Source: Chrysomallon squamiferum (Eukaryota; Animalia; Mollusca). Taken from it: 64,000 bases of DNA. Each line of letters starts with the position of its first letter. Within the stretch, counting starts at the first letter, position 1. Under the pieces are notes generated by a model. The model made no database searches and was not told the origin of the DNA. It saw only the letters and a program-made list of their open reading frames with translations. Position numbers and translations under genes: made by a program. This document shows positions 28,307-43,385 of this stretch, piece by piece. The stretch spans positions 5,890,001 to 5,954,000 of the forward strand of contig CM022673.1 of assembly GCA_012295275.1 (NCBI GenBank), written 5' to 3'.

Positions 28307-29915
28307 ATTTGCTTTGTTAAAAGACAGAAAAAGAAGAACAAATTTCTTTTACTTATTCTGCTAAATTATATGTGAATGTTATTTATTAGTATCGTAAATA
28401 ATTTTTTTTTTTTTTTTTTTCTCGATCTCACTTTTATTATTATTATATATTTTTTTTTTATCCCCTTTCTTTAAAAAGAAATTTATATATTCGTCTTGTG
28501 AAACTGGTCCATATTTCATTGACAAAGTGTTATCGAAACAATTTGTATTCATTTCAAAATGCTATTTTATGGCTACTTAATTCGAGTTTTCTGGCTGATA
28601 CGCGATTCCTGAGATGTACGAAGAGTGCAAAACGGTAATAAATTGTCGTCAATTGCACACTAAGACATGGTCAAGTGAGATTTGCCTAGTTTTCGTGAAT
28701 TGCCGATGTCGAAGACCAGTCACGACAAAGTAATAATTGAATTTTAATATAGTTAGCTCTCCAAACTGAAAAAACCCAGAAAGAACAAACATAAAAAAAT
28801 AAAAAAAAAAAAGAAAAATTTAAAATAAAGAGTTAAAGAAAGTGTGAATACAGCTGAAGGAAAGAAAGTATTTTCAGGTCGTGATTAAGAAATAAAAAAA
28901 AAAATAAATAAATAAATAAATAAATTAAATTTCAAATTAAAACTAACAGCACCTTATAAACTATATATTTAGTTCATAAACCATTAAATAATTTAAGAAA
29001 TAGTTTCAGTTTTATATTTGATTCAGTCAATCAGTTGTTTTATATCCGTTGAAAATTCCAGTTCGTTTTTCTAATGACGTAAACAACAAGCTAGGCTGTC
29101 TACCTAAAACGCTGTTAGTATGTTAGAAGATCAGTAGAGAAAGAAAAAAAAAAAGAGAGCTAACATTTGATACAAAGCCAACTGGACGTCGCTAGGCAAC
29201 AGTTTATTAATCACATCACTAAAACTGTAAATACACCTATTGAAGAAAATTTATACTCAAGTTTGCTTCATTGATTATATTCAGTTAGTAAAATTTTCAT
29301 TTTGACCGTTAGGTTGATTCCTATTCCAGTAAGTTTCCTATTACTGATATTTAGATAAGTTTTTTTCGGGGATAAAAGAAAAGAGCATTTTGTTGGGTAA
29401 ATGAATATTACTGAATGTGGTAACTGATAAAATTTGTATGTACTTTTGTATTTACTTATTTGTTTGTTCATATTAACAGAAAGTAAAGCAGAAAAACATT
29501 AACAAACACAATTTTATTTTACTCATCATTTTCGAACTATAATTTTTATTTAGCCTACAAATTGCACTGATAGTAAAAAAAAAAAAAAAAAAAACTTCTT
29601 AACATCGTGGAGAACATCACTGAATCCCTTCTTGATTATTTCTTGAGAAAAACAGTTGTTTTGTTTTATACCAGCACAAGTGCTAGTAGGAACCCGCGAA
29701 CAACAGCTGTTCTGTCGTCTGCTCAGCACGCGAGCACGTCTATGCGCAGGTCTCGGGGTCTCGTTCAATGTGTCACTTTCCCAGGCTTTCAGCACGCGCC
29801 ATAGGTACACGATAACACTACAGAAGTGACTGCTTACTGTAGCCATGTTGTGTCAATGGACACTGCAAGCGATGTTTCTACAGTTCATGTAGGTGACGAA
29901 ATTCTCATAATAAAC

Positions 29916-29952
<37 letters not shown>

Positions 29953-30067
29953 ATAATAATAATTAGAAAGAAAGGATTGACCCTTAAAAAACAAACAGTT
30001 TTTGTTTCTGATCATGGTACTGCAAAAGAAAGAAACCAAACGCATTGAATTTTAATTTGATTTCTCT

Positions 30068-30180
<113 letters not shown>

Positions 30181-30325
30181 GTGAGTGTGTATTGGTAAAT
30201 ATAATAAATTTGTATATAATCACTCCATCCCTAACATACACATATTTGCAATAGAGAGAGAGAGAGAGAAACATTATGTCTTTATATTTCTACCTTAAAA
30301 CCTTTATGAAAATTTATCAAATTAA

Positions 30326-30357
<32 letters not shown>

Positions 30358-30403
30358 AAATAGGTGACCATTCCTTCAGTTCGGTTTAAGTCGGTCAAGT
30401 AGG

Positions 30404-30507
30404 ATGGGGTGGGGGGGTAGGGTGATCTGCATTGTTCTTATCAATCAGAAAACTGGACACAAGATGGTGTCAGCGTTCTTCAAACAGCTTTTCCAAGCGA
30501 AGTGGCT
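30404..30507 (+). repeat. Duplicated block, copy A (copy B at 33244-33337)
   Basis: CTGCATTGTTcTTATCAATCAGAAAACTGGACACAAGA...TTCCAAG..AAGTGGCT is shared with 33258-33337 at roughly 85-90% identity over 80 bp. Confidence 0.85.
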
Positions 30508-33145
30508 TTCTCGCGATATGCTTACTTGAAGAGGACGCATTCGGTAATTATCGCATCTTCAGAAAGAGAGTTGGTTTGAAAATACTGATAGCGAACGAGA
30601 AGGAACAATCGCAGCAGACGATCCCGTGACACTGTGTCAGCTGACCTCGCGCGCTATTTCGCGACCTGCAGGGAGGGACTGTCGTCTGCGAAAGAAAAAG
30701 ATGACAATCTCTGACGATATGGCCACTTTGACACAAATAGTCCTCATCTTTTATCTGCAGATTATTGTAGCAACAAAGACACATCGCGGGTAAACACTCT
30801 TGTTATTGCTTTTCGATACAAAGTATCCCAAAACGGCTTTCGAGCGATACCCGAGACAAATACACCCAGATCTTAAAATGCTTTCATCAACATTTTTTTT
30901 TTTTTTTTTTTTTTTTTTCAACATTATGAAGTTTTCCATTTGTTTCCACTTCACTAATCTGATCCCGAGATTAGTGGGGAAAAGATAAAACCGCAGGGGA
31001 AAAAAAAAAAAAAATAAGAAAGAAATAAAGATTTAATTAAATAAAAGAGAAAATGTTAAATCTGTTTTCAAGAATAATGCTTCTTAGAATTTAAGTAATT
31101 ATTTTCCCCTCTCATTAAAACTCTAGTACGGACCCTTTTGTTAAATTTTATTTTACTTGGTAATTCGCTCCTATGAAGTTCATAAACTTTGAATATTTGA
31201 TAATAATTTTAATTATACAATACAATAACATAAAATAAAAACATAGAATAAAATTATTGTTTTATGATCATAGAAAATAACTTTGTAACATACTCCATAA
31301 TCCGGCGACAATACAGGTATAACATTTCAGTACTAATTAGGAACTTCTGTGGAAATTCTAAATTTCCGAATCATTTATTTTGAATGGACTTTGAATAGAC
31401 TTTTAAAAATGATCTTAAATGATGAGTCTGGTGAGGTAAAATGTTAAAAAGACAAAAATAAATATTAATAGTAATAATAATAAAAATGAATTTTTAAACG
31501 TTTTACAATAAACATTTTAAGACCACAGAAGAAAAGTTTAGGTGTGGAGGATAATTTTCTGTCTTGCGCTAAAATTTACAATAGAAGAAAAAAGGCGGTC
31601 AGCACTCCTAAGTTGACTCTTGCCTTTTGGCAGCAAGGTGTCTTTTTGTGCACTATCCTAGTTTTATTTCCTTCTACCTCTATTTCTTTTCTTCTTCTTT
31701 TTTATCCTTCTTTTTATTATTTTTTTTAATTAAAAAAAAATAAAAATAAAATTAAATTGACCCAAAAATATAATATTAAAAAATTATTTTTTAATTTCAC
31801 TTCAGTATTTCAGTAAACCATTTAAACCATTTAAAACTAATGCATCTTTGTTTTGGCTATATAATCACAAAACACGTCCTGCCAACCCAGGTTTATAGTT
31901 AGTGTTAGTATGTTAAAAAGATTAATTAGAGAGAAAAGAGAGCTCTAAGAGGCAGCATTTATCAGAACTCGATCCTAGCATCCACCAGTCATGAAGCCAT
32001 TAGATTAAGCTAATGCTGTAGCAGTTAAATAAGAATGAACCTGTAACTGTGTATAAGTCTGAAATAAGGAGTGCTGAAGAATTTTCAAATACAGATAATT
32101 ATAACTCATTCAAAGGTCTGATTCAAATGAAAGATTTGCCAATATATAAATTAGTGGTGATCAAAAAGCAAGTGAAAAATTACTAAGATTGTTTCTGAAT
32201 ACATGAAAATACACTAATGTCATAAAAAATACATGAATACATGAAAATACACTATTTATAAAAAAAATAAATAATGGACGTATCGTTTTCTCCTTTGGTA
32301 AAACACAAAGCAAAAAATAAAATAAAATAAAACTTAAAAGATAGAAGCTAATATTTTATTGTCTGGAAAAAAAAAAATGAAAACTGGGTCAAACCTAAAC
32401 AGACTTTGTCAAACTGCTTCTTTTTCTCTCTCCCCACCTAGTTACCAGTTGATTACAGGTTATTGTTTTTCAGTTTGAAGAATACTCAAGTGTGATGTGA
32501 TATCTCTCTGTCGGATATGTTTGATTGACGGTTACTGCCTCCTAACTATCTTGTTTTGTTATCTTAATCCGCTGACAAATTAGTCCGCCGGTTTAGCCTC
32601 GTTATCATAATTGTCACTTGTTCCAGTCTCGACCATCGGCGTAGTTTTTAGATGCAGTCGCCTGCGACAGCAATTTATTTCAGAAGTTAACCGTCCCGGA
32701 AATATCGATCTCCAAATTCTGTAAATAGATTTTATGAAATACAGTAAAGTATATTGAAACTTATATATACTGTTATTATTATTGTTTATATATATAAACA
32801 ATAATAATAACAGGAACAACACAACAACAATAATAATAACAGTAATGATAACAATGACGTTGATGGTGATAATAGTGAAGAAGATGAAAACAAAAAAAAG
32901 ATTAGTTATATTATTTTATCAGTCTAAGTTTATTTTCATTCAATCTTTTGTTTATTTAATTATTTTTAATTTTTATTTATTTTTTAATAATACAAAATGG
33001 TTCGATATAGATATGCACCCATACATTCTCTTTCTCTCTCATTTCTTATTATTTTACTTTTTCTCGGTATATATCTTTTTTCTTTGTTCTTTTTTCTCTT
33101 CTCTCTTATTTATTTATTATTACTCTTCTTCTTCTTCTTCTTTTT

Positions 33146-33176
<31 letters not shown>

Positions 33177-33243
33177 TTATTATTATTATTATTATTATGA
33201 CTATTACTTCTATTATTATTACCATTATTATTGTACTAGTTGA

Positions 33244-33337
33244 ATGGGGTGGGGGAGCTGCATTGTTTTTATCAATCAGAAAACTGGACACAAGACTGGT
33301 CAGAGTTCTTTAAACAGTTTTTCCAAGTAAAGTGGCT
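33244..33337 (+). repeat. Duplicated block, copy B (copy A at 30404-30507)
   Basis: Direct repeat of 30404-30507, offset about 2830 bp. Confidence 0.85.
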
Positions 33338-34146
33338 ACTAATAGTAGTTGTATTTCTATTATTGTTGTTGTTGTTACTATTCTTACTGTTATTATTAAT
33401 AGAATTAGAAGTAGTAGTAGCAGCAGCAGCAGCAGTAGTAGTAACAGTAACGGTAATAGCCGCTGTATACCGCTCCCTTCTTCTACCTCTCTCGTTTCTC
33501 TTTATCTTCATTTCTCTCTTACTTCTTTCTCCTCTTTCATTTGTGTCACCTTTCTTCACGTTTTTAAAATTATTATTATTTTTATTATTATTATTATTTT
33601 TTTATATAGATCTAACAATTAGCTTTCCAGATAATACCTTACAGGGTTAAAACACTCCTTCGTCGAAGCAGACACTTAGAAGTCGATTTATCAGCTTTAT
33701 ATAATGTTATCACTCATCCACAGGGAGTCGAGTGGTTACGCAAGTTGTAGCTCTTCTGTTTACACGGTTATCTCCCCATGAGGTCACACAACACGTGCCC
33801 GTCACGAGATTTCTAATCGCAATGGCGACCGACTGTCTTACTTCAAAACCGATTTTATCATTTATCTTCTACAGGCAGGCTTTTTGCTTCTTCAGTTTTC
33901 GTTTAATTTTAAATTTTGATTTTGATATGGGTTTTGGGGGTTTTTTTTTTTTTTGTGTGTGTGTGTGTGGGTTTTTTTTTTTTTTTAAAGTTTTTGCACT
34001 TGTCTGTTTAAAGCATGATGATAAAACACTTGTTATCTAAAAACAGAAGAAAATAAATTACGACATGAATAAAAGAAAAATATAATTTTTCATAATTGTT
34101 AGAAATTCTACGTCTGCGGGTTCGATGTGTTTTTTTTTGGGGCATG

Positions 34147-34212
<66 letters not shown>

Positions 34213-34379
34213 TTCTTTGTATTTGTTTTGGTCTGTTTTTTTCCCCTGCTGCCTCTTACCTTTTGTGTTTGTTTTTTCTGTTTGTTTGTTTTTTTGTTTT
34301 TTTTTTTGTTGTTATTTTTTTGTTATCGTACTTGTTAACTTCCGCTGCTTCTGACTTTTATTGATATATTTTCCCGCTG

Positions 34380-34449
<70 letters not shown>

Positions 34450-36039
34450 ACAGTAGTAGTAGTAATAACAACAACAGGGTTCTTCGTTGGATTACTTGAA
34501 AACGTTGGAATAGTCAAAGCATTTCAAGTCATGATAACAGAAAGAAAAATAATTGCACGTGGTAACATCATTTTAATGATGTGAATTTCCTATCATCAGA
34601 TTAAAGTATTAACAAGATTAAACAGCTTAAGTTTATCACAAAATATTTTTATCTATATGGCTTCTCTCCCCTTTTTAAAAAGACACGAACTATATATTTT
34701 ATTTTATTTTCATATTTTGTTTTATTTTATTTAACTTTACTATTTTTTTAAAATTATTTTTCTTTTTATTAATTTTTATTTAATTTTTAAATTTTATTTT
34801 GTTTTAATATTTCAAGTACTATTCAGTTCTGTCCTATTCTGTAATTAATTTTCACTGTAATTTCAGTTGTTATTTTCAATTATTATTATTACATTTTATT
34901 TGATAAAATACCCTTTATTTTATTTTATATGCACTCATATCTGTTTTCTAAAAAGTCTGTCCTAATCTGTTTAAAACACACTTGTTTTCTGGCATTAATT
35001 AAGGCACAAAACAAATAAAAAAAAAAAAAAAAAAAAAACAATCGAACTCTACAAATAAATATTTATTTAATTTCGACGCAGCCAGTTAAAATGTCAAGCC
35101 TTTTTCGTTACACGTTCGTCAGACATTTGCACGTGCAGGTGCGCCCTCTTCAGGCCGAAATATTTTACTAAATTAAATATTAACGTATTTCGAGATCTGA
35201 TATAAAAAATCATTATCAGTACGGCCTATGAAACCAGCATCAATTACTAGTCCCTAGCTTATCTAAATATTGAACTTGGTTCGGAAATGCACAACCCTTA
35301 ACAATTCCTAATCATTTGTGTCGCAGAAGTAGACGTTCAAATGATGGACACATTTTCCATCGATCCGTTTTGCATTACCGTTCACGTCACTTGCTGAAAA
35401 GGAATAAACACAGGTTGTCAGACATGTAAACATGAAAGGAAATCGATCAGTCTCGCGCCGCTGCACGTGCATGCGAGAATTGGGCACGTGCTGTCGAGGA
35501 CGTTCTTTGCCCGGTGGTTATCTGCCGACAACTTGTTGTATCATTAAAACGGCTTTAATTGCCAAGTTGAATGCGTTTTGAGAACTGTAGCTAAAGGTAA
35601 AAACTCGAGTGGTATCCTACACTTGTCATAATATTAGCTTGCACTGAGAAGATAGTAGGAGGGTTGTGGTTGTTTGACTTCTCGAGTGTGCACGTGTAAG
35701 TACTTAACTCCCATTGGTGCAAGTGTAAAAAAAAAAAAAAAAAAAAAATCATAATATACCGTGTCTGTTTGGGGACTACATATATTCCGATTAGCTGCCA
35801 AATATTAGAAGATTTTCATTATTAATTAATGACTGCTGAGAAATGTATATTCATTTATTTTGAAGACTTTAAAAACGGTTTTAAAATAAATAAAATACCC
35901 TTACAGGAAGATTATATTTTTAAAACTTGTTAATTGATTTTGATTTTTAGAAGAATGGCAAACAGGTAGACAAGAGCAAAATACGGTGTCCGAGGGTAAA
36001 ACGTTGAGAAAAAGGGTGTGTGTGCGTGTGTGTGCATGC

Positions 36040-36143
<104 letters not shown>

Positions 36144-37231
36144 TTTGTATGTTGTACAACATAAAAAGACAATTACAAGGCAAAAACAATACGACAGAAC
36201 AGCGTGTAAAAATAGAACGAAAGACGGAATAAAGAACAACGAGGTACAAATTAAAAAATAAACAGTATTTGATCTGTAACTTTAGAAATGACGTTATCAA
36301 AAATAGTTTAACCCGTTAGCTTAAGCGGCCTTATTTTTTTTTTTTTTTTTTTTAAATCTGAAAATTATTATTTGTAACATTATTATTTTAAGGTTAATTT
36401 TTCAACCTCCAGCTTATTTTTTTTTTTTTTTTTTGACATTAATTCCCTCAGACCGTTTTTTTTGTTTTCTTTTGTACAACTCCTTGGTACTTCTGTATAA
36501 CCCTCCTTTGTGCGTTTCGATAACAAATTTTCGATTGTGACTTTTCGTTAATGTTCGCTGGCGAAATCAAAACATTTATAAACGCGAACAAAAACGCATT
36601 ACACTGCACCGAAAATATTGTGTAGTTATCACAGCACGACACTTGTTTGATCTCATTTGCGATGCGAGGATAGCGATCTCAAAAATCGGTTCGATTAACT
36701 CCGCCATATTGTGTCTAACCCGAATTTTGTAAATAAATTCGCCCCGTGCGGAAAAGAGGGTTAATTCCGTGTTAAAGGTGAAAGCATAATGAATAAACAT
36801 TGTTAATAGCAGGTCGCGAAAACTGATATGTTTGAATGACTAACAAGTTTGGAAACAAATTATTTGATTACTTATCGGGTGACACATACTTATCACGCAA
36901 GAAAAAAACACCTGCAGGCACAGAAGGCCCATTATGGGTATAAATATTTGGAAATGAATGACTTTAAATTTTATTTTATTTTATTTTGTTTTGTATTTAT
37001 TATTATTTGTTAACCACGAACACCCCACTCCCCCCTCGGTGGTGAGCATGTTTATTTTATTTATATGCATTTATTTTAATTTATTTAAGTATATATATAT
37101 ATAAATTGTTGTATATAAATTAATTATTAATTCATATATTAATAAATAAATAATATAATACAACAATGTCTTCATTCGTATTTCTTTCTGTCTGTCTTTC
37201 TTTCATCTTTCTTTTCTTTTTTTTTTTTTTT

Positions 37232-37273
<42 letters not shown>

Positions 37274-37657
37274 CATACTTCATGCAGAAAGATAATAAAT
37301 AAATCGATGTAAATGAAAAATATTTTTCGTTTGATCGTTATAATTACTTCTTATATATTTATGTCATAATTATATTTGATACCATGAAGTTATGTTACAA
37401 AATACAACTAATTCATATATTTAAATTATTTAATTTTCTTTTGTTTATTGTTTTTGTTTTCCTTTGTTTTTTCTAGTTATTATTATTATTATTATTATTT
37501 TTAATTATTTAAAAATTATTTATAATTTATTTTCAAATATCTATCAACTATAATAATTCATTTTTAAATTTTTATAATCCCTGTTAATTAATTAATCTCA
37601 GTGTACTGCTTTACCTAAAGAGGTCCTCCGTAACCAATATTGAGGCCGACGACGAAA

Positions 37658-37672
37658 AGCGCCACCTAGTGA
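37658..37672 (-). promoter_or_regulatory. CTCF-binding motif
   Basis: Minus strand reads TCACTAGGTGGCGCT, 13/14 to the CTCF core CCACTAGGTGGCGC, within a small GC-rich island in AT-rich flanks. Confidence 0.6.
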
Positions 37673-38234
37673 GAGATTACAGTCGACAAGGCAATTGGCG
37701 GGAGGTTAACAAGTTGTCGCTTATCCAAATAAAACTCGACTAATAATTTAAGGTCAGCTGATACTCCCAATACTGACCCGTTTCACCTAAGCTGTCAAAA
37801 AATAATTATGAGAGTATAATTATATATACATGTATTGACAAAAGTAGCATGAAAGAGATTTCTTCTTTTTTTTAAAAAAGAAGAATTATAATGATTAAAG
37901 AAATAATTTTATGTGACGTAGTAAAGAGCAAATAAATTATTTGTTTTGAAAATGTATTTTATTTTTATTTTGCTAAACTTTATTTTTTTATTTTTTATTT
38001 ATCTATTTTTTTTATTTATTTATTTATATAATTTATTTATTTATTTTTTTTATTTATTTATTTTTTATTTTTTTTTTTTTTTTTTTTTTTTAATTTTTTT
38101 TTTTTTTTTTTTTTTGTCGTTCTTGTAATAAATGTTTTTATCCCCAGAAAAGAAGTGATAACAATAGAACTATTTATTATTTGGTTATTTATTTTTTTTT
38201 TTTTTATTGTTTATTTTATTATTATTCATATTCA

Positions 38235-38269
<35 letters not shown>

Positions 38270-38507
38270 CGATAAATAGTTAAAAGTATTAAAAAAAATA
38301 ATATAAATAATAATAATAATAATAACTGATGAATATGACCATGATAATAATAAATGATGATGATCATAAATGAATAAATGAATAAATAAATAAATATAAA
38401 GAGAAATGTAAAAAGTATCAACTGATTAACTGAAAGATACGGTGGCAACTGTCAATAATTTCTTCACTTTTGTATTCTACCGTTAAATTTGTAAGGATAT
38501 AAATGAT

Positions 38508-38538
<31 letters not shown>

Positions 38539-38681
38539 TTACTTTTTTAAAGATCATTTACTTACCTACATTTCAGTTTTTATTTTCATTTCCTTTTATT
38601 CATATACATTTTCTAGTTTTGTAAATTATTCCTCTTAATTTTGTTGTTGTTGTTTGTTGTTTTTTTTTTCTTCTTCTTCTT

Positions 38682-38756
<75 letters not shown>

Positions 38757-38791
38757 TTATCTATTTCTTCTTCTTCTTCTTCTTCTTCTTC

Positions 38792-38832
<41 letters not shown>

Positions 38833-39979
38833 TTATCTATTTCTGTAACAAAGAAAGGCTGTAAGATATTTAAAAAGCGGAAAAAAAAAAAAAAATGCCT
38901 AAGAGACAACGAAGAAGAAAATGAATACTTAATTAATTAAGCTGGTCCATTTATCAAAGTTCTCAAACGCCAGTCTCCGGACAACATGCGTAATCCAACA
39001 CGTAAATATTGTTTGATCCGTGGATTTAGTTCTGACCAGACGACCGACCTTACCTTCCTGGTCAGCGCGTGGTGGTCTCGCGCGGACACGTGCGTACCTC
39101 GGTCCGGAAGGTTGCGACAGGGGTCAGTCAATTATTTGCCGATTAGACAAAAATCTACAGATAAAGGACCATGACGTTCAAGAAAATCCCAAACAGGTGC
39201 ATGTAGCATCTTCATTCTGATGTCTCTTGCAGACGAGGTCGTAGGTCAAACGTTGGATCCTGGCTGGATGTCGCAGATTATGTTAAACAGATCTTCGGTT
39301 CAATAAACGTTGTCTCGATTTTAATTTTGGCGTCAGCCACTTAATTCATGGTACTTTGCAAGTTCGTTGAGTCTGCGTTCAAAAGAATGGACTATTTCAC
39401 ATGATTTTATGCGCTTGTTTGTCCCTTTTTTTCACATGCATATAATAACTGATGTCCTTTAATTTGAATAATATTTTTATTTCTGTGAGATATATATATA
39501 TATATGAGATAATTCGAGATGCAGTCATTCTTTGCTAAACTTCTTAGAACCGCCCCTGTTTACAGTGACTAAACGGTAGTCATTTCTTCAGCGGTGTTTT
39601 GAAGGCTTTTGTGTTGGGTGTGGTATCTTCATGGCAACCACCAAGCTATGTTCTCGGCGTAGAACGACAATGCTCTATTGGTTTTTTTTCTGTTTACGTT
39701 TAAGCGCTGTAGTTCATTATGACGTCACAGTCGTGTAATATAAATAAGGCTGTATTGTGCGTAATAACAACTTTGTCACGAAGATCACAGCGACTTCGTG
39801 TTTCGGAGATGTTAGAACATGTATCAGGTGAAAAGAAAGAAGGTCATCTAAAAACTATTTAAATACTTCCAATTCTGGAGTCGAAATCAATAATTTTAAA
39901 TATAAATTGTGATAAACATATGAATATAGTCTGCTTGTCTGCAAAATAACAAATATAACTGTTTCTTTCTGGCATTCCC

Positions 39980-40046
<67 letters not shown>

Positions 40047-40118
40047 ATATATATATATATATATATATATGTTAATATTTTGAATAACAAAGTCTAGCAG
40101 TTATATTTTTTTTCCACA

Positions 40119-40170
<52 letters not shown>

Positions 40171-42861
40171 GTCTTCCCTCTAAATAACGTTCACATTCGC
40201 CTAACTTCAGAAAAGAATGTAAACAACTTACGTACACAATAAAACTACTTTTCGTACGAACAAGCTTTTATTACATGAACAAACGACTACAAAACGAATA
40301 AAACAACGATGCCCTTGTCGCTGTTGTTGTTATTGACGGCCTGTGGCTCTTCACACCTTAAACGCCGCGTCCATAATGACCACGTCCGGTCAAGTGGTCA
40401 TATTGCTAACACGGACCACCTCGACAGTGTTGTTGGAGACAATTTCATTATCTGTCTACTAGATGCTTCCTTTTAAAGCAACCGTGATTGCTCGGAAAAC
40501 GTTCACTTTGAACTGCAAGCGGGCGATCGTATTCCAACAAAGAGGTATCCCGTACATTTTAATACAGCGATTGTCAACGATATGGGTCAAGTGATTTTAA
40601 CCATCTACCCTGTACAAAGAACTCCTACGCTGCTGCAATTTATCAAGAAGAATAAAAAAAAAAAAAAAAAAAAAAAAAAAAGAAGAATGAAAAAGAAAGA
40701 TAGAGGTTACAAGCGGCTGAGGAAAAGAAGATACAAAACGAACGAATGAATGACTGCTCAACGAGACTCCAGTAATACAAAGGAGATCTCCACTATTAGA
40801 TGTCACAGAAAAGAGGGTTTAAACGGTGTGGGGAAGATACTGCATTGTAAGCCATTGGTCTCTTTACAAAAATTAAAAGAAGTCATGTCAATATTTATTA
40901 TCAACCACGACATTAATCTGGCAGTTGTGAAGACAGAAATGGATCATCTGTAGCCAAAGGCGTGAAATGGCATCAGGACCTTGCCGCAGCCGGGCTATTG
41001 GTTTTAATGTGTCCTGATGGGATGTGACAAAATCAGAAATTGCATGCATGTTGCATGGTCTTGTATCTTGATAAGAACTGACCGCTCTATGATTGACATC
41101 CCGCTGCGTTCATTTACTTTTCTTCTTTAACTAAAAATAAAATTAAAATAAAAAAGTTTGACAAGAGCAATCATCGCTTCATTACAGCAGTGCCATAAAA
41201 ATCTCGTTTACCCTCTCTTTGTAAAAACGACTTGATCACTAATGGATGCTGCCACAGATAGGTTGTCACTTCAGTCACGTTGCAGATGGAAATCTTTTCA
41301 CAGACGAAAAAAAAAAAAAAAAAAAAGAAGTGAACCTTCATTCGTTGTCCACGAACTTAAAGACTCGTTATTATAAAGTGATGCTGCAGAGAACTGATTA
41401 AGCGGATTTGTAAGCGATTTTCTCAATTTGAATTAGCCAGCATACATACCATGCACTGCTGTTTTTTGAGTCTGTACCTGTGCAGGATTTCTAGTCTTAA
41501 AAGGTGTAGAGGATGAATCAGGATGATTTTTTTTTCCCCAAAAAAAATATAGACACTGCGAAACGAACATGCCGCAATCTTGCTGACAAAGATTTATTAA
41601 TATTTGGGTATTACTGTAAAACAAACAGCTCAGTGGGCGTAAAACAAATGGACCAAAAGGCGCGCTAGAAACAATTCCTGAAGATCATGTCTTAGTCTTC
41701 CATTACAATAATGGCAATCTGAGAATATTAAATTAAATTTATTACTAACGTAAGTTATATTCTGTTGATATTAATTACATCTAAACAGACAACTGTGAAT
41801 ATAGAAATGATTTTATTACTGACACAACCACTACAGTCTGAAAAGAAGGTTTGTTTATATTCACAAAAACTAAAAGAACAAACCAAAAAAAACAACAACA
41901 CAGTACCATTTTTACAGTTTATAATCAACAGCCTGTTTCATATAAAATTGTGAATTTATAACTAACAAAAGTTGATACAGAAATTTGTTCGTTTCTAATA
42001 GACTTTTTTTTTTTTTACTCATTTTACTATTAAAAATACAGTTTAGAAAGCAGAGAAAACAGACAGTACCGGACCATCTTTTACAACAAATATATAAACT
42101 GCTTTAATTTATTACACATTATAATCATGCATTATGGTTTAAGATACGAATTTATATACACACTAAGATATGAAACAGCTTTATTTACTTAAATTTGTCT
42201 ACGAATTTTAGACAGAGAAAGATAAAATAATTTAAAAACAAATAAATAGAAATGATCATTAATTGCAAACGTGGCTATATCTGTTTGTTAAATAGAGCAA
42301 ATAAGGAGAAGAACAATGAAATGAGATGAAGGAGACACACAATTAAACTGAAAAAAGAAAATATTTAAGATTATAACTAAAAATAATTGTATACCTTATA
42401 ATAACGATTTTAAAACACAAAGAGATTTTGTGTGTGAATCTCGTACATGTAATAAATTAATATTATAAATACATTAATCATGTTACAGATGATCGGACAA
42501 TACAACAATGAATTTACAATCAAATTCTGAAAGATATAAAGCATCACAATCCACAAACAATCTTTGCATATTTAAATAATAATTTAAATTATAATTTTGA
42601 CAATGTGAACAACATTATAACAGATTTAGTCATTTTAATAGTTAACATCAAGATACTGTTACTTCTAGTAACTCAAGTGAAAGATTAATAGTATTGGTAT
42701 ATGCAGAATCTAGTACTTAAAACTTATTATTTTGAGACTATTTAATACTGATGACTAGTAGTCTTAAATGTGTCTTAGGCAAAATGGAAATAACAAAAAT
42801 AATAAAAGGATGATATAACTGAAGGGATAGTAATACATAATGCATTAAATCAACATTTAAA

Positions 42862-42944
<83 letters not shown>

Positions 42945-43306
42945 AAAATAATAATTAATAAGAAAAAGAAGCAGTAATAGAAAAAGAAGATACATTTTAC
43001 TTTGAAAACTCCCCAGATTAATGTGACTAACTGTATTGACTGATACGACGTAACAAGCAAACAGGTCTTTAAATTTAAAAATGGCCATTATGCTCTCACT
43101 ACAGATTCCCTCACAGCTACAGAATACTATTTAAAATAAAATTAGAAAAGTATCTGACAAAAAGATCAGACTTCACTGAACAATCACACTTAAAATTGGC
43201 CCCAATCAAACAAATGGTCTTATAACAAATACATTTCTTAATCAAACAAATGGTCAATTATAAATAAAATAATAATTTCTTAATTAATGGCGTAATAATA
43301 ACAATC

Positions 43307-43348
<42 letters not shown>

Positions 43349-43354
43349 TAATAA

Positions 43355-43385
<31 letters not shown>

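Noticed and set aside
36308-36764. piggyBac-like element (TTAACCC...GGGTTAA)
   Set aside because: The ends match over only 7 bp; no extended TIR.
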